DNA from: Savitreella phatthalungensis
Lineage: Eukaryota
Reading direction: 5' to 3'
DNA length: 64,000 bases
NCBI GenBank assembly: GCA_051599415.1
Contig: AP039691.1
Coordinates: forward strand, 62,001-126,000
Shown: positions 33,985 to 44,521 of the stretch, one piece after another
Layout of the letters: every line of letters begins with the position of its first letter
Numbering within the stretch: the stretch's first letter is position 1
The notes under the pieces: generated by a model
Database searches by the model: none
What the model saw: only the letters and a program-made list of their open reading frames with translations
Told to the model about the DNA's origin: nothing
Program-made: the position numbers and the translations under genes

Positions 33985-35514
33985 TCACACATGGCCAATT
34001 GGCTGCCCGACCTTGACCTTCTGCCCTTCTTCAATGTCGAACTGGAAGCCGTCAGGCGCTTCGAAGACCAAGACGATCGTGCTGCCCAAGGAGAAACCGC
34101 CCATCTCTTCACCGGCTTTGAGGGGTTGCCCACCTAAGAGACGTGAAGCGTTGCGATATGTCGCCTCCACGAAGCCGTCCTCCGGCTTCTCCTTTGTCAA
34201 GGTGTTTGTCTTGAGCTCTCTATCAAATGCAATCTTGATGGAACCAACATTCGTAGCGCCGACCGGAATCATAGAAAAGAAGCCATGACGGTATCTGCCG
34301 AAGAGGACGACGCGTTCATTCAGCACGAACAGGTTAGCCAATCGCTTGGCGATATATGGTGATACGCTGAAGAGCTCACCTGCAAAATGTCGCCGGCGTT
34401 CGACGACCCAGTTTGTAGGCGAGTGGAATCGATGATAATCCCCAGGAGCTAGGTAGACGACAGTGAAGTAGAGCTCATTGCCGTCGCGAAGCTCCTGCGC
34501 TTCCTGAGATGGCGTATCGCGCCCGCCGCCGACATCAAATGCAAGGCGCACTTCATCTGATACCGAGTGCTGCCTCTGCGGAGCACGGTCGGCTGCGTCC
34601 TCAGATGCATCTTTCACTCTGCCTGTCTTACCCCTGTCTTGACCTTGCTTCCCGCTCATGAGATCGTCGAGAGAGTATGTGATACCGTTGATATCGGCAA
34701 AGTCCTCCTCCCGTTTTGTCTGATCGTCTTCATGATCTGACTCAGATCCTCCAAAGTCAATCGACTGAGGTTCACGAGCTGTCTTGCTTCCCAGCAGTGC
34801 ATCCAATGAATAAGTCAAGCCCTTGACCTGCTCTACACGTCTCCCTTCAATTTTCCCGAAGTGCAAGACCTTCCCATCTGCTGGTGAGACAATTAAAGCA
34901 TCAGGATCGATCGTCCGAGCACCCTCCTCAAGTGCACGGTAAAAGAAGTCGGCCAAATTGCGGTATTTCTTCAGATCCTTCTCGCGGATCTCTTCGAGGT
35001 TGCAACCGAATATCCAACTGTAAAGCTTATACCCTGCAGGCCGCATGAAGACTGGTAGATCAATCTCATTGAACCGACCCCATAGCCTGGAGATGCTGCG
35101 GAGAGGCAGAGTTTCGAGCACGTAGACCTGCCACGGACCAGTCGGTCGGACACGTTGTGAGCCCTCAGGCGCTTCTCTGTGCTCCTTGGCAAGCAGTCGC
35201 CGCCTGTACCAGACAGCTGCGATAACCAGCAAGCCTAAAGATACAGGAATTGGTTTCCACTGCAATTTACTGCCGAATCCTGCGTGTGAGTTTGGAGATG
35301 GTGGTATTCTGGTCGAGTAATAGTGCCTTTGCTCATGAGCGGCAGCAGGACTAGACCGTCCGCCAAACTGTGGAAAGGCTGTTGAAGATTGAACGTTGCG
35401 CGAGGCTGCAGCTCGCATGCTGGTCAATTTGCGCTGTGCTTGCGTGCGAAGAGCCATGAGGATGCGCTGTCGGCGAGAGCTCACAAACATCTGGAACTTT
35501 GCAGCTGTAGGCAT
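33985..35514 (-). CDS. PSD1: Mitochondrial phosphatidylserine decarboxylase proenzyme 1, 509 aa
   Basis: Arg/Ser-rich presequence, TM anchor, LPLRSISRLWG, SPADGKVLHFG, YLAPGDYHRFHSP, VGATNVGSI and the autocleavage motif LGST. Confidence 0.96.
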   Translation of the reverse strand: MPTAAKFQMFVSSRRQRILMALRTQAQRKLTSMRAAASRNVQSSTAFPQFGGRSSPAAAHEQRHYYSTRIPPSPNSHAGFGSKLQWKPIPVSLGLLVIAAVWYRRRLLAKEHREAPEGSQRVRPTGPWQVYVLETLPLRSISRLWGRFNEIDLPVFMRPAGYKLYSWIFGCNLEEIREKDLKKYRNLADFFYRALEEGARTIDPDALIVSPADGKVLHFGKIEGRRVEQVKGLTYSLDALLGSKTAREPQSIDFGGSESDHEDDQTKREEDFADINGITYSLDDLMSGKQGQDRGKTGRVKDASEDAADRAPQRQHSVSDEVRLAFDVGGGRDTPSQEAQELRDGNELYFTVVYLAPGDYHRFHSPTNWVVERRRHFAGELFSVSPYIAKRLANLFVLNERVVLFGRYRHGFFSMIPVGATNVGSIKIAFDRELKTNTLTKEKPEDGFVEATYRNASRLLGGQPLKAGEEMGGFSLGSTIVLVFEAPDGFQFDIEEGQKVKVGQPIGHV

Positions 35515-37110
35515 CGGGCTGGGACTGTCGCGACTATTGAGATTGTGTAGAAAGGTGAGTGTGCTGTGTTCCGGGCGAAGACGCGGGAGTTCGGTATGGA
35601 TCGATCAGGAAGTGATTGGCTGCAGTGTACGAGAATAGAAATCCGAATGACAGCGTTTGTGTCACGGGGCAATGGGGGTCGAGCGTTGTGGTAAGGACAC
35701 CCTGTTGGCTGAAGCGAATCGGCCGATGGTGTGTTTCACAACGACTGAGCGTTTCAATCAGGATCGGGATGTGGTAGCGAGGTCGCGTGTTTAAAAGTCA
35801 ACTTGAAAAGTACAACCCCAAGAAGAGAATCGGAAGCAGTTACAATCTGCCTAGCTGTATCCCGCGGCTCGGACTACCTTTATCGAGCACAAAGGTATGA
35901 GTACGACTGCTGCTGTGACAGTTCGACGAGCGATAGGAGAGGTTGTTTGTGGACGACGCCTCAAAGGTTCAACGTTCGATCACGCACAAGAACGCTTGAT
36001 CCATGGTTGCAGTAAATATGCACGCGTGAGCTTTCGTAATTCTATGCACGCTGACGAGGGTGTGTAGATATGCACGCTTAGTTATCGTATGCATGGCGGA
36101 TGCAGTGAAACTTGATCTCTCTTCATTTTCCACCATCTACTAAAAGCTTTCAATTGTGGAAACGATGGACAGATGGCGATTGCCAGGATCTAGAGCTTCG
36201 ATCAGTGCAGCTTTGCTAGTCGTCACAGCTGGATAATTGTTGCTGGCCAAGTGACAGTCAATGGTGGCCCTTGACAGTCACGCGCTTGACATCATCTGTG
36301 TTGAACTATCTTCAGTCAATTTCAATATCCAGCTGTAATCAAAACGGTGACGCCGTGTGCGAAGTAAAATCCTCAGGTAGAATGCAGTGGAACACTACAA
36401 AGCAAGACTCATGAATACGTGTAGACGATGTGCTGGTCTCCTGCACAGGCCCATCATACTCCAAAAAATCTACGCTGGCTTTCGACTTTTGTTTCGAGAT
36501 CAACCTTGGGGCAAGGCCGGTAGATCGACCCCGCATCTCCAAGGAGCTCCCGCGTCGATCATTAATTTATGCATAGACACTGTACATGTTCAATCCTCCT
36601 GGTAAAGAACGCACTGTAAATTCGATTTCAATATATTTGACAACCACCCTTAAGCCCAGATCTCACTCAAGATAGGTCATCAAATCCTGATCGATGAGAT
36701 GGTCCATGGTTTACCCAATGGTATAGCATATGTGGGCTTATAATTCGACTAGCAAATCAGTACGTAGTTAAATTTCGTAAAAGTCAAAACCAGCTGCGCC
36801 TACAAGTAACTACACGTGTCAACCAGAGTCAAACATATTTCAAGTAGATCATCATGCAAGTACTATGTACGTTTTAGGCTGGATAACAAAACAATCCTTC
36901 GGATCAAAGGGTTGTCTGATCTATCGATCAATCTTTTTGCAAGCCCGAGAAACCAGGACACCTTTAGATATACAAACGTACGCGGACATACATATTCTCT
37001 TACCATCGATCTGCACTCTTAGCCTCTTAGAAACTGCGGCTATCCCTGGTCTTCTACTTGTAAATCTCTGTTGCTGAAGTTCATAGCCGCACAATCTCCG
37101 TGCTCTACTC

Positions 37111-37833
37111 ATGCTTGAAGTCATCTACATCACAAGGCATGGCTTCCGCACGAATTGGGAGAACACAAAGTGGAGTCCATCTCCCACAGGCATCGACAGA
37201 GATCCACCTTTGTCCTCTTACGGCGTAGCGCAGGCACAAGAGATGGCCAATCACCTGCAAAAGCTAGATCCACGCATAGATCGGATCTACTGCTCGCCAT
37301 TCTACAGGTGTCTTCAGACAATCAAATATACCTCAGAAGCCCTCAACCTGCCGATACACGTAGACAACGGAATAGGCGAGTGGTACGGCGTCACAACAGG
37401 CCGACACCCATCGCCCGCCAGCAAGCAGAAGTTGAAGACCTTCTTCCCCACAATCGATGTAGGCTACGAGCCAAGTCTGATTCCAACCACTAAGGGCGAG
37501 ACCATGGCAGATATTCACGAGAGAGTGAAGCGAGCCATGGAGCTGGTCGTCCAGGACGCCGAGCGGAATGACTGCAAAGCAATTGTGCTCTGCACGCACG
37601 CCGCCACAAACATCGCTCTAGGCCGTGCATTGACTGGCGAAGAAGAGATGGATGTTCAAACGGGCACGTGCTCTCTCGGACGGTACGAACGCCGCACAGA
37701 TAGCTCAAAAGTCGTCGGCGGATGGCGATGCACGCTGAACGGCGATTGTTCATTCCTCACTGGCGGCGAAGAGCGGAACTGGTCATTCGACGGTGACATT
37801 CCCGTCTACGAAAACGACAAGGCCAATCTGTAA
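37111..37833 (+). CDS. Histidine phosphatase / phosphoglycerate-mutase-family protein resembling the phosphatase domain of TFIIIC tau55 (Tfc7), 240 aa
   Basis: IYITRHGFR catalytic motif, DPPLSSYG, SPFYRCLQT, GIGEWYG, LCTHAA and NGDCSFL..GEERNW. Confidence 0.85.
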   Translation: MLEVIYITRHGFRTNWENTKWSPSPTGIDRDPPLSSYGVAQAQEMANHLQKLDPRIDRIYCSPFYRCLQTIKYTSEALNLPIHVDNGIGEWYGVTTGRHPSPASKQKLKTFFPTIDVGYEPSLIPTTKGETMADIHERVKRAMELVVQDAERNDCKAIVLCTHAATNIALGRALTGEEEMDVQTGTCSLGRYERRTDSSKVVGGWRCTLNGDCSFLTGGEERNWSFDGDIPVYENDKANL

Positions 37834-40598
37834 GCTCTATCTATTAAAGGCAGAATTGTGCCTGTAAACGACGCAGGCCAAATGTCGGCTCTCGGCACGA
37901 AGCGTCTCGGGAACAATATTGCTCGCTTATTCTAGCAGGACGGAGCTGTCCCGTCATTATCCTGTGGGTCCTCTATTACTTTCTCCACCTGTTCACTGAG
38001 ACAGGCTAAGCGATCCGCCTTGAGGAATTCAAACGCGTCGCGTCTTTCGTTTTCATCGTTGCGTTACCTCGACACGACAAAAATGACAAAAATTTGGACG
38101 CTCAATGATGCTGTCCAACTCCGCCGGACTTCACGTGTGGCCATGAAGGGCAGTTTCGACGACGACTGCCGTCATCACCGCAGCACGCCAAAAAAGGAGC
38201 TTCTGACGCATTGTCAGCCCTGGATCCATCGTTCGCGCTTCCTCATCCGTGCCGGGCCGACGGGTTGACGTCTGTTGACCTGTCAACCTGCTGTCAGTGC
38301 TGCATCGACCACTAGATTGGCTTCTCCTGTGTCAGAGAAGAGCCAACACTGCATCGAGATTCTCTCTTTCCCGAATTCACGACCATAGAGCGGACTGTAA
38401 CTGGACGCAGCCAAAGCACCTTTCCGAAATGTCGGTAAGATTGAAATTTTGATTGGACCTCTCTCATTCAGATTCTGACCTCGACGAGCTATCATTATTT
38501 GCGGGAGCCGCCTGGTGAATGTAGAATAGGATGAATTCAGTGCTGTTACTATGTATTTGACAGAATAGCACCTCAATTGCATATCAATAATCTGTTGCCG
38601 ATGTTGGAAGGATTCCGTCTTGTGATAGATAGGGCTAGAGACAGCGCCTCTTCCGCTCCCTCGTGCTGTATTTTCCACCCCGCCCAATGCCCAAATTCAG
38701 ACGACTTCACCATCCACCTCATCAACGGCACGTATGAATGAGTAAAAATGGTGTTCTGTTCTGGTAAACATCGTTCGTTATACAGTACCAGCGCTTCCCG
38801 AGAGGCCTGCCCCTCTTTTCCAAACATATGATCACTGCCTGTTTCCGGCAAACCGACCAAAGACACGTTCAGGTGCGACATTGAGCGATAAGCAGTCAAT
38901 CGGATTAAGATCATGACAGGCAGTCGATTTAGTACATCACTTGATGGATCTATTCAATTATTCCCGTGTTCCATATGACCCTCGAAATCGAAACTGCACA
39001 GGAGATCTAAACAATTCATGGGTTCATGGTGCGCACTATGTAGAACTATCCATACACAAACCTCCATAGTTGATCTTGATCTCAGCGACTCTAAATTCGT
39101 GTAGATCCACCACAATGAAACACGACAGCTGAAACATTTGCAACTATTATGCACCATCACGCCTTGTTTTCCCTTGCAATCATTCGTCACCGAAATAGAC
39201 ATGAGATCGCCATCAGCAGTCGACAGGTGTCAGACAATCCCCTTCAGTGGCGGTGAGCGGCAACGGCACATTCCAAAAGATCCGCTGGACATCATCTCAG
39301 GGGACGGATACACGGCAAGTTGGCAAGATCCGTGTATGCTGTGACAGTAATCACATCAGATCACATCACATCACATCCAAGAAACGCACCACAACATCTG
39401 GCAGTGCGCTCAGCGAGATTCTTCCTTTTAGAGCTATCGATGGGATGCTGGAGCCGCAGCTGCAAGAACGACGTCAGTGCCGGTTGCACGAGTCAAAGTT
39501 AAGAGAAGCTCTCTCAAGCGTGAAAATGTGGTGCCCCAACTTGAAGGTTCGATTCTTCCACGTATTGCCTTCTATTCTCATCTCTACACTCCATCGCTAA
39601 AGCAAGCCTGATATGTTTTTCCAGCCCATGGCAATCAGGAAAGGGTGGAAAGTCACAATCCAGCCTGACTTTCGAATAAATATCTGAATACTGCAGCAAA
39701 ATTTGTTATTCTATGCACGGTAATGCGGGAAAACTGACGGCTTTCCCAATGCAGTAAGGGCTTCTCAAGAGGTCTATGTGCCCGTGGAATCAGAGGTCGG
39801 TCACAGCTTATGTCTTCTTATACCTCTTGAAGCTAAAGAAGGTGGGTATGCACTCAGAAAATCACCAGCCGTGTTTCTATCATCATCTCTAGCTCCAGCT
39901 TGACCCGACCGTGTGTTCGTCCCAATCGAGAAGGACGTCGCCGAAGCGGATGTCTCAGGAAGGTTCCTCTGCCCGTGGAGCCGACTGACTGGTGGCAGGT
40001 ACTGATTTTGAAGACACACTGTTTTACGACTCCGCCCATGCTGGTCCTACACTCTGTTCTGACACTTGCGTCCGAAACCTTCTGAACCATGACATTGACC
40101 AATCGTGCTTACGATTTAGCGACCTTCGTCACTGATCCAGGGCTGTGATCGCAAGGCCGTCGCGGCAACGTGCGCGCTTTACCGTTCCCCTCACTTGCAG
40201 ACGTGACGCTCGTAGCTAGGCTGTGCATCAACCTGGACCCCCCAGAATTTGTCCCTACCTGCTACGTTCAGTCGTCCTGCATACGCCCGCGGCCTATTTT
40301 CGCGGTTCCACAGGATTAAGGACGCGTGCTTTTGCTACCTTTGCACATCGATCACTTCCGCACTTCTCCTCACCCGATCGGTCAGGGCGTGCCTGACAGC
40401 CTACACTTGCGATGACGCCTGCCGTGCAGCTTGGAAGCTGCGGGAATCCGTCACGAATGCGGTCTCCGTGGGCGATCCACTGAAGATGATCTAACGAAGT
40501 GGAGATGTCTGTCATCAGGCACTTCACAAGCCTGCTGCGAATGGTCCGAATGGTTCGGTAGACGAGCTGGTGGGATGTCTTCGTGAAGACAACAATGC

Positions 40599-40605
40599 TA
40601 TAAGA
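40599..40605 (+). promoter_or_regulatory. TATA-like element upstream of the APAFS-repeat gene
   Basis: TATAAGA about 70 nt before ATG 40673; one mismatch to the TATA consensus. Confidence 0.4.
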
Positions 40606-40672
40606 GGACGATGTCCCTCCATGATGTAGACTCCATCCTCATCGGTCGCTCGCCCTTACATCCATATTCATC

Positions 40673-43600
40673 ATGATCGCCGGAGCCATCATTGCCGGCG
40701 CTTTCCTTGGCGCGGCTGAGGCTCTCAACGTTCCTCAGTTCCTTCGTCGTCAGGATGTTAGCATCAGCCAGCGCACCGTCCACGCCACCGTTCCGGCCAT
40801 CACCATTGAGCCGAAGACTATTGACGCCACGGTGCCTGTGCCCGTTGTCAACAGCCCAACCAGCACGCCGACCGTCGTTGTCACTGTCGGTGTGCCACGT
40901 ACTATCGAGGGCCCGACCATTACCGTGCCAAACATTGTGATTCCCTCACAGGCACCAGAAGGTCCACACTACACAATCACACTCAACGACCCTCCGTCGC
41001 TTTCGCCACCGTCATTCACAGCCCCGAGCTTCAGTGTACCTCAGCCACCGGCTTTCAGCGCTCCCTCCTTCAGCGTGCCTGCCTTCCAGGTTCCGTCTTT
41101 CTCGGCTCCTACATTCCAGGCTCCGACCTTCGCCTTGCCCAGCGCGCCCGCACAGCCCTCCGGCGGAAACGGCTCACCACAGCCAGCTCCCTCCGCACCT
41201 GCCTTCAACGTGCCATCTCTTGCCATCCCCTCGCTCCCTGCCTTCTCTGCACCGGCCTTCTCTGCACCGGCCTTCTCTGCACCGGCCTTCTCTGCACCGG
41301 CCTTCTCTGCACCGGCCTTCTCTGCACCGGCCTTCTCTGCACCGGCATTCTCTGCACCGGCATTCAGCGCACCAGCTGCACCATCGCTGCCAGCCTTCCC
41401 TTCGCTGAGCGCACCAGCCTTCAGCGCCCCGGCCTTCTCTGCACCGGCCTTCTCTGCACCGAGCTTCGCTGCACCATCGCTCCCAGCTTTCAGCGCACCC
41501 AGCCTGCCGTCGCTCGCTGCGCCCTCGCTGCCTGCCTTCTCTGCACCAAGCTTCGCTGCACCCTCGCTGCCGGCCTTCCCATCGTTCAGCGCCCCGGCCT
41601 TCTCTGCACCAGCCTTCAGCGCACCTGCTGCACCCTCGCTTCCTGCCTTCTCGGCACCAAGCTTCGCTGCACCTTCGCTTCCTGCCTTCTCGGCACCTAG
41701 CTTCGCTGCACCTTCGCTGCCTGCCTTCCCGTCGTTCAGCGCCCCGGCCTTCTCCGCACCAGCATTCAGCGCACCGGCCTTCAGCGCACCAGCTGCACCA
41801 TCGCTTCCTGCCTTCTCTGCACCAAGCTTCGCTGCACCTTCGCTGCCTGCCCTCCCGTCGTTCAGCGCCCCGGCCTTCTCTGCACCAGCATTCAGCGCAC
41901 CGGCCTTCAGCGCACCAGCTGCACCATCGCTTCCTGCCTTCTCTGCACCAAGCTTCGCTGCACCTTCGCTGCCTGCCTTCCCGTCGTTCAGCGCCCCGGC
42001 CTTCTCTGCACCAGCATTCAGCGCACCGGCCTTCAGCGCACCAGCTGTCCCATCACTTCCTGCCTTCTCGGCACCAAGCTTCGCTGCACCTTCGCTTCCT
42101 GCCTTCTCGGCACCAAGCTTCGCTGCTCCTTCGCTGCCTGCCTTCCCATCGTTCAGCGCCCCGGCCTTCTCCGCACCAGCATTCAGCGCACCGGCCTTCA
42201 GCGCACCAGCTGCACCATCGCTTCCGGCCTTCTCGGCGCCTAGCTTTGCTGCACCTTCGCTGCCTGCCTTCCCATCGTTCAGCGCCCCGGCCTTCTCCGC
42301 ACCAGCATTCAGCGCACCGGCCTTCAGCGCACCAGCTGCACCATCGCTTCCTGCCTTCTCTGCACCTAGCTTTGCTGCACCTTCGCTGCCTGCGTTCCCA
42401 TCGCTGAGCATCCCGGCCTTCCCATCGCGCAGTGCCCCGGCCTTCAGTGCACCAGCTGCACCATCGCTTCCTGCCTTCTCTGCACCTAGCTTTGCTGCAC
42501 CTTCGCTGCCTGCCTTCCCATCGTTCAGCGCTCCGGCCTTCTCTGCACCAGCATTCAGCGCACCTGCTGCACCCTCGCTGCCTGCCTTTTCGGCGCCTAG
42601 CTTTGCTGCTCCATCGCTTCCTGCCTTCTCGGCACCAAGCTTCGCTGCTCCTTCGCTGCCTGCCTTCCCATCGTTCAGTGCTCCGGCCTTCTCTGCACCA
42701 GCATTCAGCGCACCTGCTGCACCCTCGCTGCCTGCCTTTTCGGCGCCTAGCTTTGCTGCTCCTTCGCTGCCTGCCTTCCCGTCGTTCAGCGCCCCGGCTT
42801 TCCCATCCTTCAGCGCCCCGGCTTTCTCTGCACCCGCATTCAGCGCACCAGCTGCACCATCGCTTCCTGCCTTCTCCGCACCAAGCTTCGCTGCACCTTC
42901 GCTGCCTGCGTTCCCATCTTTCAGTGCTCCTGCTTTCCCATCGCTGAGCGCTCCGGCCTTCCCATCGCGCAGTGCACCGGCCTTCAGCGCACCAGCTGCA
43001 CCATCGCTTCCTGCCTTCTCTGCACCTAGCTTTGCTGCACCATCGCTTCCTGCCTTCTCGGCACCAAGCTTCGCTGCACCATCGCTTCCTGCCTTCTCGG
43101 CACCAAGCTTCGCTGCTCCTTCGCTGCCTGCCTTCCCGTCCTTCAGCGCTCCGGCCTTCCCGTCCTTCAGCGCTCCGGCCTTCTCTGCGCCAGCTGCACC
43201 TTCGCTGCCAGCCTTCTCTGCACCTAGCTTCGCTGCACCTTCGCTTCCTGCGTTCTCTGCACCAAGCTTTGCTGCTCCTTCGCTGCCTGCGTTCCCATCG
43301 CGCAGTGCACCGGCCTTCAGCGCACCAGCTGCACCATCGCTGCCAGCCTTCCCTTCGCTGAGCATTCCGGCCTTCAGCGCTCCTGCCTTCTCAGCACCGA
43401 GCTTCGCTGCTCCTTCGCTGCCGGCCTTCCCGTCGTTCAGCGCGCCGGCCTTCCCATCCTTCAGCGCTCCGGCCTTCTCGGCACCAGCTGCACCTTCGCT
43501 TCCTGCATTCTCTGCACCTAGCTTCGCTGCACCTTCGCTGCCTGCGTTCCCATCCTTCAGCGCTCCGGCCTTCCCGTCGTTCAGCGCCCCGGCCTTCCCG

Positions 43601-44521
43601 TCGTTCAGCGCGCCGGCCTTCCCATCCTTCAGCGCTCCGGCCTTCTCGGCACCAGCTGCACCTTCGCTTCCTGCATTCTCTGCACCTAGCTTCGCTGCAC
43701 CTTCGCTGCCTGCGTTCCCATCGCTGAGTGCCCCAGCCTTCTCGGCTCCTACTCTCCCGAGCCTGTCCCTCCCGAGCCCACCGAAGCAGTCGTCTGCTAC
43801 CACGACCTCGAGCTTCGTACTCCCAACGCTTTCGCTCCCGAGCTTGTCTCTTCCTTCCCTGGCTGCTCCGTCGTTCAGCGCCCCGGCCTTCCCGTCGTTC
43901 AGCGCTCCCGCCGCTCCATCGTTCAGCGCTCCCGCCGCTCCATCGTTCAGCGCTCCCGCGTTCCCATCGCTCAGCGCTCCGGCGTTCCCGTCCTTCAGCG
44001 CTCCGGCGTTCCCGTCCTTCAGCGCTCCTGCCTTCCCGTCCTTCAGCGCTCCTGCCTTCCCGTCGCTCAGCGCTCCTGCGTTCCCATCGTTCAGCGCTCC
44101 CGCTGCGCCATCATTCGCAGCCCCGTCCGCACCAGCCTTCTCTGCACCATCGTTCGCGGCCCCCTCGCTGCCGGCTTTCCCGTCGATCTCGGCTCCTGGA
44201 GCACCCTCGCTATCATTGCCGTCTCTGGCCCTGCCAACCTTGAGCCTGCCCAAGCCAGCTTCGACGACAGCGAAGCCAGTCACCTCCAAGACCACTACCT
44301 CAAGCAGCGTCGAACCCACAACCACCTCGTCGGCTGTGCGCTCGACCATGACGACTGTTACTCGCACCAACAGCGCTGCCGCATCGTTCGCCTCCGAGCT
44401 CTCCTCGTTCCTGGCATCGATCTCGACTTTGCGCCCTCACGCAACCTCGGCGACGCTCGGTGGCACACAGACCATCACGTTGGCACTGCCCCAGATCACA
44501 GTCCCTGCCATCGGCTTCTAA
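40673..44521 (+). CDS. Secreted Ala/Pro/Ser/Phe tandem-repeat protein (APAFS-type repeats), 1282 aa
   Basis: Signal peptide [17 protein letters not shown], a dibasic RR-Q site, a roughly 950-aa repeat core and a Ser/Thr-rich tail. Repeat copies differ mostly at synonymous positions, which supports this frame as coding. Confidence 0.88.
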   Translation: MIAGAIIAGAFLGAAEALNVPQFLRRQDVSISQRTVHATVPAITIEPKTIDATVPVPVVNSPTSTPTVVVTVGVPRTIEGPTITVPNIVIPSQAPEGPHYTITLNDPPSLSPPSFTAPSFSVPQPPAFSAPSFSVPAFQVPSFSAPTFQAPTFALPSAPAQPSGGNGSPQPAPSAPAFNVPSLAIPSLPAFSAPAFSAPAFSAPAFSAPAFSAPAFSAPAFSAPAFSAPAFSAPAAPSLPAFPSLSAPAFSAPAFSAPAFSAPSFAAPSLPAFSAPSLPSLAAPSLPAFSAPSFAAPSLPAFPSFSAPAFSAPAFSAPAAPSLPAFSAPSFAAPSLPAFSAPSFAAPSLPAFPSFSAPAFSAPAFSAPAFSAPAAPSLPAFSAPSFAAPSLPALPSFSAPAFSAPAFSAPAFSAPAAPSLPAFSAPSFAAPSLPAFPSFSAPAFSAPAFSAPAFSAPAVPSLPAFSAPSFAAPSLPAFSAPSFAAPSLPAFPSFSAPAFSAPAFSAPAFSAPAAPSLPAFSAPSFAAPSLPAFPSFSAPAFSAPAFSAPAFSAPAAPSLPAFSAPSFAAPSLPAFPSLSIPAFPSRSAPAFSAPAAPSLPAFSAPSFAAPSLPAFPSFSAPAFSAPAFSAPAAPSLPAFSAPSFAAPSLPAFSAPSFAAPSLPAFPSFSAPAFSAPAFSAPAAPSLPAFSAPSFAAPSLPAFPSFSAPAFPSFSAPAFSAPAFSAPAAPSLPAFSAPSFAAPSLPAFPSFSAPAFPSLSAPAFPSRSAPAFSAPAAPSLPAFSAPSFAAPSLPAFSAPSFAAPSLPAFSAPSFAAPSLPAFPSFSAPAFPSFSAPAFSAPAAPSLPAFSAPSFAAPSLPAFSAPSFAAPSLPAFPSRSAPAFSAPAAPSLPAFPSLSIPAFSAPAFSAPSFAAPSLPAFPSFSAPAFPSFSAPAFSAPAAPSLPAFSAPSFAAPSLPAFPSFSAPAFPSFSAPAFPSFSAPAFPSFSAPAFSAPAAPSLPAFSAPSFAAPSLPAFPSLSAPAFSAPTLPSLSLPSPPKQSSATTTSSFVLPTLSLPSLSLPSLAAPSFSAPAFPSFSAPAAPSFSAPAAPSFSAPAFPSLSAPAFPSFSAPAFPSFSAPAFPSFSAPAFPSLSAPAFPSFSAPAAPSFAAPSAPAFSAPSFAAPSLPAFPSISAPGAPSLSLPSLALPTLSLPKPASTTAKPVTSKTTTSSSVEPTTTSSAVRSTMTTVTRTNSAAASFASELSSFLASISTLRPHATSATLGGTQTITLALPQITVPAIGF
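41240..41344 (+). repeat. Seven perfect 15-bp units (GCCTTCTCTGCACCG) at the head of a coding minisatellite extending to about 44190
   Basis: Read directly; followed by variants and higher-order units. Confidence 0.95.

Noticed and set aside
39500..39570. GGTTCGATTC B-box/tRNA T-loop-like word at about 39547
   Set aside because: The flanks do not form a proper T-stem, acceptor stem or cloverleaf.
41041..44370. 1109-aa antisense ORF with Gly/Ala/Lys ([11 protein letters not shown]) repeats
   Set aside because: In this register an antisense stop needs a sense codon starting TA or CA (Tyr, His, Gln), which the A/P/S/F/L repeat essentially lacks. The open frame is a by-product; signal peptide and synonymous variation support the + frame.
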